Part shown: positions 23,572 to 30,973 of the stretch, in pieces
Position numbering within the stretch: position 1 is the stretch's first letter
Layout of the letters: the number at the start of each line of letters is the position of its first letter
Virus record (IMG/VR): IMGVR_UViG_3300030100_000989
Coordinates: 1-30,973 of that record
Reading direction: 5' to 3' (one strand)
DNA: 30,973 nucleotides
Source of the DNA: a virus
Lineage: Duplodnaviria > Caudoviricetes
Position numbers and translations under genes: made by a program
Notes under the pieces: generated by a model
Told to the model about the DNA's origin: nothing
The model's input: only the letters and a program-made list of their open reading frames with translations
The model's database searches: none

Positions 23572-24355
23572 GTAAGGTTCCGACATGCCCTTTATATGCT
23601 CTATTACCAAAATGAGTGAGAGGACTAGCTAAGTCAGCCCATATTTCCCCACCGCACTCTTGCCATAGTCTTGAAAAATAATAATCCTCAGATAAATATC
23701 TTTTTTGATCTCCTGTTTGATAGGGCCCGACAGCGAATAAGTCGTAACAATTATTTGATCTATAATATAGCCCATTGACTATCTGATCGGTTTCATATTT
23801 TCTCTCAGGAAACTTTTTCATCATGGTTGTAAATACTTCTCTTTTAACTAACATCATTCCTGTAGCTGCTTCGTTTACTTTAAAAAATCCGTTCTCTCCT
23901 CGTAGATCAGTAGGATTATCAAAATTTACATTGTAGCCTAATGCTCTAGCCTCCATTTCATCAGAACTAATATCTGGGTGCTCCTCTAAAATACCTTTTA
24001 TCTTCTCGAGATGTATGTGCTTTCTAGGGTAGACTCCACAAACTACATCCTTGTCAGCACAAAGAAGTCTTTCAATATTCTGCCAATGAAAGCCTATGTC
24101 TGCATCAATAAATAATAAATGTGTGGCAGCGAAATCAGTTTGATCTAACATCATCGACACAATTGTATTACGTGCTCTAGTTATTAAACTCTCATTACCC
24201 ATTGTTTGTATTCTCATTTTAATGCCATTATTCATGGTCCATGATTGTAGTTCTAATAATCCGTGTAAAGTTGGTTCTGTTAATAAACCTCCATACATAG
24301 GCATTCCTAAAAATACTTTAAAATTTTTGTCTCTCAACTCTTCTGGTTTAATCAT
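23555..24355 (-). CDS. GT-A fold (GT2-like) glycosyltransferase
   Basis: SLITRARN, HLLFIDAD (DxD), LSEDYYFSR, IWAD...LTHFG; AAGGAG SD. Confidence 0.85.
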   Translation of the reverse strand: MIKPEELRDKNFKVFLGMPMYGGLLTEPTLHGLLELQSWTMNNGIKMRIQTMGNESLITRARNTIVSMMLDQTDFAATHLLFIDADIGFHWQNIERLLCADKDVVCGVYPRKHIHLEKIKGILEEHPDISSDEMEARALGYNVNFDNPTDLRGENGFFKVNEAATGMMLVKREVFTTMMKKFPERKYETDQIVNGLYYRSNNCYDLFAVGPYQTGDQKRYLSEDYYFSRLWQECGGEIWADLASPLTHFGNRAYKGHVGTLLAKKE

Positions 24356-24923
24356 TTGTTTTCTCCTTGTTTGTTTCTCTTATCCCATGCCATGAGACAC
24401 ATTTTCTATAATTAAAAGCCAAACTTATTCTTAATTCTTCTTCATTAGACTTAACTCTGTGAAACATATCATCTTCAAATATTATTATATCTGAAAACTC
24501 AGGTATAAAGTTTTTAACATGATTTGCATCAAAAATAATATTTGAGTTTTTTTCTGTCAAATAAACGACACCACTTATACATTTGTAAACTTCATGTTGA
24601 TGGTTGTGAAATTCTTGATAATAATTTTTTTCATAAATGTTAATCCATGAATTGTAAATATATCCATCAAAAAACCTTTTTGTTTGTAACATATAATTAT
24701 CTATGTGGGATAAAATATTAAATTTTAATTGTCTTAACTCGACAATATTTAAAATATTGTTTGTTAGATTATGTGATGTTTTAAGAGGACAATCATACTT
24801 GTGCTCAGTAAATTTATCTTTAAAGGATTCAATAAATTTTTTAGATTGTTGGCAAACCCCATTGTCAAGTTTACCTTTGTAAATTTTACTTTCGTGTATT
24901 TGATAAAAATTATTTTCTGCCAT
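24348..24923 (-). CDS. Fe(II)/2OG-dependent oxygenase (HxH...H type)
   Basis: SWINIY...QEFHNH, ISGVVYL, IIIF...FHRV, RISLAFN. Confidence 0.87.
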   Translation of the reverse strand: MAENNFYQIHESKIYKGKLDNGVCQQSKKFIESFKDKFTEHKYDCPLKTSHNLTNNILNIVELRQLKFNILSHIDNYMLQTKRFFDGYIYNSWINIYEKNYYQEFHNHQHEVYKCISGVVYLTEKNSNIIFDANHVKNFIPEFSDIIIFEDDMFHRVKSNEEELRISLAFNYRKCVSWHGIRETNKEKTND

Positions 24924-25398
24924 AAAAAACTGTAGTCACTGATCTATCTCCTCTTGGGTTTATACCTATAAAATCATTGAAAAAATTATATTTTGTTCGT
25001 AAGTAAAAATAACAATCTCCGTTCCAATTGCCATTATCTAACACCAACGTATTTTGATAATTAATTTTTTCTATTAAAGCTTGAGCCACGTATAGTCGTG
25101 AATTATTATCACGAGGGTTATTATCAATTAAAATAAAATCAGCGTTTTTAAAAGTATCTGGTTCTTTTTTATAAAAATTATAGTCCAAAAAATTTATATG
25201 TATGTTTTCTATATTCCTAGACTTAATCATTTCTATCCATTGAGGTTCATCTTCATAAGTAATAACCTTTTTAAATTTATTACTAAAATATAAAGTTGAA
25301 TTACCAGAGCCAAATTCAACAATGGTTTTATCGTTTGTTTCTTGTTCTTCAATCCATTCTATAAAATCAAAGGTAAGTTGTGGAATTACTTTATTCAT
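24910..25398 (-). CDS. Class I SAM-dependent methyltransferase (small-molecule/glycan type)
   Basis: IVEFGSGNST (motif I), acidic ITYED, DFILID, LVLDN; no DPPY/NPPY or PC DNA-MTase motif. Confidence 0.8.
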   Translation of the reverse strand: MNKVIPQLTFDFIEWIEEQETNDKTIVEFGSGNSTLYFSNKFKKVITYEDEPQWIEMIKSRNIENIHINFLDYNFYKKEPDTFKNADFILIDNNPRDNNSRLYVAQALIEKINYQNTLVLDNGNWNGDCYFYLRTKYNFFNDFIGINPRGDRSVTTVFYGRK

Positions 25399-25919
25399 AA
25401 CCCTAAAGATTGTTTATTTATTTTAAAGTTTAAAGCGAAAGAAATTCTTTCATGTTCTGGATTACCACACCCTTGTACTCCATGAGGTAAGTAAGCAGGA
25501 AAAAATATTAAATCGCCGTTTTTGGGATAGAATTTTGGTGTGCCTAAGACAACCTGAGAACATAAATGTTTAAAGTAAATAGGACATTTATCACAGCAAA
25601 CCTTATGGTAATAAACCGCAGATGCACCATTTAATTCATGTATGTGTTCTGAATTGAAATTATTTCCTTTGTTTACGTTCAACCAAAAATTTGCAAGAAT
25701 CAAACTTGGTTCTAATTCTACGGCACACTTTTGTGTAAAAGTAAGTAATTCATTAAAACCAAAAGTGATATCATGACTTTGATAGCCCCCCTCATTACTT
25801 CCTTTACGTCCTTTATCAAAAAGTGAAATATGCTCTATATGTTTATCTATAATATTTCTATCTCCCTCGTATTTAGTAAGATAGGCAGACTCTTTAAATA
25901 ATATTTTTTCAGTTAACAT
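25395..25919 (-). CDS. Fe(II)/2OG-dependent oxygenase (HxH...H type)
   Basis: SNEGGYQS, WLNVN...NSEHIH, LIFFPAYLPHGV, RISFALN. Confidence 0.88.
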   Translation of the reverse strand: MLTEKILFKESAYLTKYEGDRNIIDKHIEHISLFDKGRKGSNEGGYQSHDITFGFNELLTFTQKCAVELEPSLILANFWLNVNKGNNFNSEHIHELNGASAVYYHKVCCDKCPIYFKHLCSQVVLGTPKFYPKNGDLIFFPAYLPHGVQGCGNPEHERISFALNFKINKQSLGL

Positions 25920-26712
25920 TTTGATCTATAATTTTATTAAGTTCATTTATAATTTTTTCTATTGATACGTAGGGCCCAATTAAAGGTGTGTCTGAAATCA
26001 AATTAGTTTGTTCTTTGTACCCAAAAGAATCTACACAATCTTGATTACGGTATAAACAAACCCCCTTCTTAAAAGTTGGTTGATTAGACGCTATGTGCAC
26101 CATTCCACCATCAACCGCTACAAAACTTTTCGCTTTCATAGCGATGTAAAGTAATTCTTTTTTGTCATGTATATTTGGATTTAAACTGTCAATATCTACA
26201 ATTTGATAATTTGGAAAGCTTTTTTGAATGGCGTATATCAAATCTTTACAGTAATTGTTAGAAAGATGTTTTGATGAACCTATTTCACTAACAAAGGGTT
26301 TTATTTTGTCAGATAGTGCAACAAAAATATAATTGTCATTAATAAAGTTAAAACTATTAAACTTATCTTTATCCACTAACAAATAAGGTAAAGAGGTTTT
26401 ATCTACATCAATAGATTCACAATACGCCTCAACAAGGTTAGTTTTAGACTTTAAGTGATTTTCGTTATAATAATCTGCAACGTAAATTTTATCAAAACTT
26501 TTGTAAAGATTTTCAATGTCAATATCTAAATAATCATAAGCTCCTCTAAACGCTTTTATTACATGAGGCTGATCTTCAAAGACTGAGGGTTGACCTGTTT
26601 CAACAAAAACTTTAGCGTCTAATTTTTCAGTAAGTTTTTTAAGTGCACCAGATGCACAAAACACATCTCCAAGGCCTACGCCAATTCTTATTTTATAAAG
26701 AATTTTATTCAC
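25909..26712 (-). CDS. GT-B fold glycosyltransferase, GT9 (heptosyltransferase)-like
   Basis: N-terminal GLGDVF and C-terminal AKSFVAVDGGMVHIA resemble the GT9 GD and DSGxxHxA motifs. Confidence 0.75.
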   Translation of the reverse strand: MNKILYKIRIGVGLGDVFCASGALKKLTEKLDAKVFVETGQPSVFEDQPHVIKAFRGAYDYLDIDIENLYKSFDKIYVADYYNENHLKSKTNLVEAYCESIDVDKTSLPYLLVDKDKFNSFNFINDNYIFVALSDKIKPFVSEIGSSKHLSNNYCKDLIYAIQKSFPNYQIVDIDSLNPNIHDKKELLYIAMKAKSFVAVDGGMVHIASNQPTFKKGVCLYRNQDCVDSFGYKEQTNLISDTPLIGPYVSIEKIINELNKIIDQNVN

Positions 26713-26713
26713 A

Positions 26714-27319
26714 TTAATCTTTTAAATTAGTACCTATGCGATCTCTCTTATCGTATTTATGATCTTTATAATCGCCCTCTTGATCGACATAATGTAAGAA
26801 AACAGTCATAAAATAATCATGCTCACAATATTCTCTCCAGTGTATTTTTTCCATGCCTTTAAAAATTATTGCATTGTTAGGAACCATAGGAAATTTATAA
26901 TCGATACGATATCTGTTAAATTTTTTTCTAGATTCATCATAATATTTATAATCAGATGTGTCGTCCGCTTCACCTACAAATATTTCATAAGGCTTTTCAA
27001 CAGGGTCAGACCCCAAACTTAAAGCAACTGTATATTCACAAGATGGTCTATCTGTATGCACTGGTAAATCAGACAGTCGATCATAAATTCTGAAAAAAGA
27101 ATAAGTCGGAAATAATTTTTTTTGTACATTTTTTTCTACCACAGGGGTGCTTAAATCCATTAATGATTCCATTAAATAATCACCATGGTGTGATATGAAA
27201 GAGTTAGTTTGAGAATCATTATTCAAAAATTGAGGATTTTGGTATTTCAACAAACAATAACTATGAACAACAGTTAAGATTTCTCTAGGTAAAAATTCTT
27301 TAATAAAAATAGGTTTCAT
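26714..27319 (-). CDS. Fe(II)/2OG-dependent oxygenase (HxD...H type)
   Basis: PTYSFFRIY...HTDRPSCE, HWRE, VFLHYV; TAATG coupling favours start 27319 over 27331. Confidence 0.85.
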   Translation of the reverse strand: MKPIFIKEFLPREILTVVHSYCLLKYQNPQFLNNDSQTNSFISHHGDYLMESLMDLSTPVVEKNVQKKLFPTYSFFRIYDRLSDLPVHTDRPSCEYTVALSLGSDPVEKPYEIFVGEADDTSDYKYYDESRKKFNRYRIDYKFPMVPNNAIIFKGMEKIHWREYCEHDYFMTVFLHYVDQEGDYKDHKYDKRDRIGTNLKD

Positions 27320-27867
27320 TAATGTATCCATGCCACTAAGGCATATCTAGTGCCTTTAGTTATTTGATTTACTTGGTGTGGAAACATAAAGTTTGAGGGA
27401 AAAATTATTGCATCTCCTACATTTTGTGGCATTTGTATTTCCCCCTCTGGCAAATCAAATACAAATTCACCACCTACAAAATCGTTATTTAAGCATATAG
27501 ATATTGATGCGTGTCGTTTAGTAACCGTTGTTCCCATATCTACATGATATTGATATCCTGTTTTATATTTATTATGTTGATATTTAAGTAATTCACATGA
27601 TGTTATTTTGCTAGAATAGAAATGTGAGTATTTTTCTTTATAAAAACCAACGCATTCTAATAATTTTGTTTGAATAAAATTAGAGCATATCCTTTCACCA
27701 AAAGTTTCTGGGCTCATAACATTCCTACTTTTACAATTTCTTACATCTTTAGCTAAACCGTAACCTGTTGTTTGTGCATCTATTAAATTATAATCAAAAT
27801 AAGAAATAATTTTTTTACAGTATTTTTCGGGAATTAATTTTTTTACTTCTAGTATATATTCTCGCAT
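27319..27867 (-). CDS. Prolyl 4-hydroxylase-like Fe(II)/2OG oxygenase
   Basis: LLKY...YHVD, LNNDFVGGEF, IFPSNFMFPHQV...ITKGTRY. Confidence 0.88.
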   Translation of the reverse strand: MREYILEVKKLIPEKYCKKIISYFDYNLIDAQTTGYGLAKDVRNCKSRNVMSPETFGERICSNFIQTKLLECVGFYKEKYSHFYSSKITSCELLKYQHNKYKTGYQYHVDMGTTVTKRHASISICLNNDFVGGEFVFDLPEGEIQMPQNVGDAIIFPSNFMFPHQVNQITKGTRYALVAWIH

Positions 27868-27887
27868 ATTATTTGTTCACAGAAAAC

Positions 27888-28340
27888 TTAGTAAGTTATA
27901 CTGTGTGCAGCAAGATAATCTGTTCTCGCTGTGTTGGCAGCCGTAGTTGCGGCTGTCACTGCTGCAGAATCATCTTCTGCTCCAGCATCTGAATGACTTT
28001 CATATGTAGAATCATAAGTGCTTTGCCAAGTATTTTGAGCTTCAGCTCTAATCACTACATTTGTAGCCCACTGAGGAAATGAGGATATAGACTCATTGTC
28101 TCTTGTGTCTGTAAACTCAATATGTCCGGTGTTTGTTGTAGCATCCCATTGTAAGGCATGAATATTAGAATCAATCTCTGTATGAGATCTGATATTTAAT
28201 TGAATATTGTCATCTAAATATACATCTGATTGAGTATTTCCAGTGCCTTTTGCTGGTCCATCACCTGTTAAGGGACCATCAGCATCAAAAAGTATTGTAA
28301 TTTTACTTTGAACTGTTGTGTTGTTTACGGTTGTTGCCAT
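27888..28340 (-). CDS. Putative tail fibre assembly/chaperone-like protein
   Basis: Downstream of the tail fibre; IHALQWD...GHIEF segment; function inferred from position. Confidence 0.55.
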   Translation of the reverse strand: MATTVNNTTVQSKITILFDADGPLTGDGPAKGTGNTQSDVYLDDNIQLNIRSHTEIDSNIHALQWDATTNTGHIEFTDTRDNESISSFPQWATNVVIRAEAQNTWQSTYDSTYESHSDAGAEDDSAAVTAATTAANTARTDYLAAHSITY

Positions 28341-28785
28341 TTTTTTTCACCTTTTTAGTCATAGCCTTTTTAGGCTTCTTCTTAACTTTTACCTTATTAT
28401 TGCTTAGTTGTAAAATAGTTTTATCCTCATTGTTAGAATCATTAGTATCAATTGCTTTTTGATGATCGCCTATTAATTCAAAAATAGATCCTGCCGTGGC
28501 CATGGCTTTTTGTGCATCTCCACTTTGTGCTAAAACTTTTGTCATTATATTATTAGATTGAACCATTTCGTTTCTAAAACTTTCAGTTGCTGCTGTTGTC
28601 TGGGATATTTTTCCTGAATTTTCTACTAAAAGCAAGGGCAACCATGCTATAGAACAACCCCATTCCTGTACATCTAACCCTGTTTGAGGGTGTTTGCCCT
28701 GTAGCATATTATACCATATGCACCGATGTTTTATACACTTCTTCTTAAGAAGAGGACACGTCCCATCTGGGTCAAATATCGGCAC
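28303..28785 (-). CDS. Cys-rich, probably metal-binding protein next to the tail fibre
   Basis: CPLLKKKCIKHRCIWY...WGCSIAW, then a coiled coil and Lys-rich tail; coupled to the fibre stop. Confidence 0.7.
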   Translation of the reverse strand: MPIFDPDGTCPLLKKKCIKHRCIWYNMLQGKHPQTGLDVQEWGCSIAWLPLLLVENSGKISQTTAATESFRNEMVQSNNIMTKVLAQSGDAQKAMATAGSIFELIGDHQKAIDTNDSNNEDKTILQLSNNKVKVKKKPKKAMTKKVKKNGNNRKQHNSSK

Positions 28786-29852
28786 TAGTCTTTAGCGGCT
28801 ATGATTACGTTAGCGTGTTTTACGTCCATTGATGGGACTGCAAAGCTTGAGGATGCGGTAGTTGCACTGCTTAAACTACCTGTAAATGGGTGAGTGTGAG
28901 AACCACCACCACCTGTGTTTGGAAAAGCTTCATCGGAAAAACCTGGACTTACAGGTTCAGCTCTTCTTGCCTGAAATGCAGGAGGCATGAAAGATCTTGT
29001 AGGTGCGGGGTTTTGTCCTCCTGAAGTCATTTTAGAAGGTTTGTGTTGGTGACTTGGAATTTGTGGTGTTGACAAAGTTGTAGCTCCAACTGTACCACTT
29101 AAACTTCCTGTAACGGGTAAACTTTTTGATTCTGTAGTTTTTGAATCTGAAAAAACTGTTTGAAAAGTATCAGCACCGCCTGTGCCTCCACCTGTACCAA
29201 CAACAACTCTTAAGGCAGCGTTACCTAATGCAGCAGTTGTGTCTTGTGTCCAACCAGTTGGTGCAGATGCTTGATAAAAAAGTTGTTTTGTTCCTGAAGG
29301 AAAAGCCTCAATACCTGTAAGGTTTGCGCCACTACCTACAAAAGTAGTAGCGGACACAGCACCATTTGTTCGAAGAACAATGTTACCACCACCTGCAGTT
29401 ACATCTGCTTTAAAATTAGTAGTACCTAATAAAGATGTTGATACTTCTACATTAAAATCTGAAGAACCATCACAGTAAACTCTTGAGTATGCACCTTGTG
29501 TTATCAAAGCACCATTAGCTGTGTGACCTGTAGCTGCTATGGTTAATGTTTGAGAACCTGTTGTGTTGTTAAAAAATAAATATTCACTTTCGACCGCTGG
29601 AATAAATACAACTATGTCGCCTGTTAATGCACCTGTAAGCTCAATAACTTTATTTGAAGACTCAGCAGTGTCAGAGGCATTAGCTGTCGTCAAAGTAATA
29701 TTAGCTGAACCCGCCACAGATTTTGATAAATATCCTGCCGCAAAGGCATCTAAAACTTCTAAATTATTATTGGTGTTTGTGCCCCATGTATTGGCATTCG
29801 CACCAGTTGCCATGAGTTCTAATTTGAGTCTATCTGAAAATGTACTTGCCAT
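28785..29852 (-). CDS. Tail fibre protein with collar-like domain and HxH metal-binding tip
   Basis: T/G/S-rich; FPSGTKQLFYQASAPTGW (collar); TLSTPQIPSHQH...GGGGSHTH. Confidence 0.85.
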   Translation of the reverse strand: MASTFSDRLKLELMATGANANTWGTNTNNNLEVLDAFAAGYLSKSVAGSANITLTTANASDTAESSNKVIELTGALTGDIVVFIPAVESEYLFFNNTTGSQTLTIAATGHTANGALITQGAYSRVYCDGSSDFNVEVSTSLLGTTNFKADVTAGGGNIVLRTNGAVSATTFVGSGANLTGIEAFPSGTKQLFYQASAPTGWTQDTTAALGNAALRVVVGTGGGTGGADTFQTVFSDSKTTESKSLPVTGSLSGTVGATTLSTPQIPSHQHKPSKMTSGGQNPAPTRSFMPPAFQARRAEPVSPGFSDEAFPNTGGGGSHTHPFTGSLSSATTASSSFAVPSMDVKHANVIIAAKD

Positions 29853-29902
29853 ATTTAAACCTCTCTAAAATATATCTTTTTTTATTATTCAAGCAACACT
29901 TT

Positions 29903-30892
29903 TTATGCTGCGTTTACCTCTGTCCAAGTATTACTTGCCCCTGTAACCACATTAGCCCAAGGGGTGCTAAATGGATCGCCTAAAGCAGTTGTCATACTTA
30001 ATCCTGTAAGATCAACCACCGCTCCACCTGTCACTGTTTCTGTGCCTTCAGCAAAAGTTAATGCCACCGTTGAAACACTTACTATTACACCTGTGCCTGT
30101 TTCTACTGTTTCTGTGCCTAACGCAAAACTACTTGATAAACTACCAAGAGTTACAACTGCATCGGCCTCAGCTACAGCAGTTCCTAAGGCAGACGTCATC
30201 GCTACGGAAGGAGCATCTACCTGTGTAAATATATCAATGGTGACCGTGCCGATATTAAAGTCTAATTGATCTGAAGGAGCTATTACTCCAACACTACCTT
30301 CTCCTGAAACTGTTACTCCAGATAATGCTGCACCTATTGTAAGTGCTGTTGGGTTTACTAGAGCAGTTGCCTCTGAAACTTCTAATGTCCCTGCTGCTGA
30401 GGTCATTGATAGACCAGTTGCAGAAACTATAACACCTGTTCCGACTGATTGAGTTGTTGTTCCTAAAGATGTGGACATTGAAAGTCCACTTACATTAGTG
30501 ATAAATTCTATATTCTCGTTCCAAGCAAAAGATCCCCACGATCCTCTACCCCATCCTGCATCTACAGTTCCTGATCCTGATTCATCGCCTACTGCAAAAG
30601 AAACTGTTAAACTACCTAAAACAACTCCTGCCCCCTCTTCAATAGCTAATGCACCAGATAATTGTGTTTCAAAAGAAACACCAGTAGGTGATACTACATG
30701 TTCAGGTTCGGCAGTAGGAGTTCCTAAAGTGGATGTAAGTGTAACTGGAGAAGGCGGTACAGAAACATCAGCAGTCGCTGACGCTGTACCTAACGCTGTT
30801 GTTGACGAAACACCTGTAAGGGTTACAGTGACAGAACTCTGTTGACCCCAAAAGCCTTGTCCCCACGTGCCCTCATTCCAAGCATCTGCCAT
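29903..30892 (-). CDS. Ser/Thr/Val-rich repetitive virion structural protein (329 aa)
   Basis: AGGAGG SD; internal repeats (TGVSSTTALGT, SGLSMSTSLGT, TGLSMTSAAGT, TGLSMTTALG); two Trp-Gly triplets. Confidence 0.75.
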   Translation of the reverse strand: MADAWNEGTWGQGFWGQQSSVTVTLTGVSSTTALGTASATADVSVPPSPVTLTSTLGTPTAEPEHVVSPTGVSFETQLSGALAIEEGAGVVLGSLTVSFAVGDESGSGTVDAGWGRGSWGSFAWNENIEFITNVSGLSMSTSLGTTTQSVGTGVIVSATGLSMTSAAGTLEVSEATALVNPTALTIGAALSGVTVSGEGSVGVIAPSDQLDFNIGTVTIDIFTQVDAPSVAMTSALGTAVAEADAVVTLGSLSSSFALGTETVETGTGVIVSVSTVALTFAEGTETVTGGAVVDLTGLSMTTALGDPFSTPWANVVTGASNTWTEVNAA

Positions 30893-30909
30893 GGTAATGA
30901 CCTCCTATA

Positions 30910-30972
30910 TTAAGATAATCTTAATATAGCACTTGAAGCATCGTTAGTTGGGAATGCGATTGTGAATGTACC
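30910..30972 (-). CDS. 3' end of a probable structural gene (partial)
   Basis: Reads GTFTIAFPTNDASSAILRLS-stop; truncated by the window edge. Confidence 0.6.
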   Translation of the reverse strand, partial: GTFTIAFPTNDASSAILRLS

Positions 30973-30973
30973 G

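Larger units (their letters stand above)
1..30973. mobile_element. Tailed dsDNA bacteriophage genome segment (podovirus-like; replication module plus late/virion module)
   Basis: Dense, overlapping genes; PolA/primase/helicase/SSB operon converging on lysozyme, ejection proteins, tail and tail-fibre genes; no cellular housekeeping genes. Confidence 0.95.

Overview
The window is a 31-kb piece of an AT-rich dsDNA tailed phage genome. The short-tailed (podovirus-like) layout and gene content resemble marine alphaproteobacterial (pelagiphage-like) phages; that host assignment is inference. Left part (1-2432, minus strand): small early genes and a SNF2 helicase. Plus-strand replication operon (2485-10436): C5 cytosine methyltransferase, putative SSB, AEP primase, UvrD-like helicase and a Leu762-type PolA. 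Minus-strand late operon (10447-30973): GH24 lysozyme, ejection/internal virion proteins, tail nozzle-like protein, tail fibre and accessory proteins. Two systems stand out. (1) The methyltransferase locus is dual-coding: the main frame lacks motif IX, and a nested +1-frame gene with its own Shine-Dalgarno supplies motif IX plus four tandem WPTP modules that look like target-recognition cassettes. (2) Six Fe(II)/2OG-type oxygenases, two glycosyltransferases and a SAM methyltransferase are embedded among the tail genes, next to a fibre with a proline-rich tip, suggesting a virion hydroxylation/glycosylation pathway. Also seen: a helicase with no canonical start codon upstream of its Walker A motif, two small genes missed by the ORF track, probable leaderless genes, and peptide motifs shared between virion proteins. 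All product calls come from motif reading by eye; no database searches were run. No tRNA, rRNA, CRISPR array or integrase was seen.
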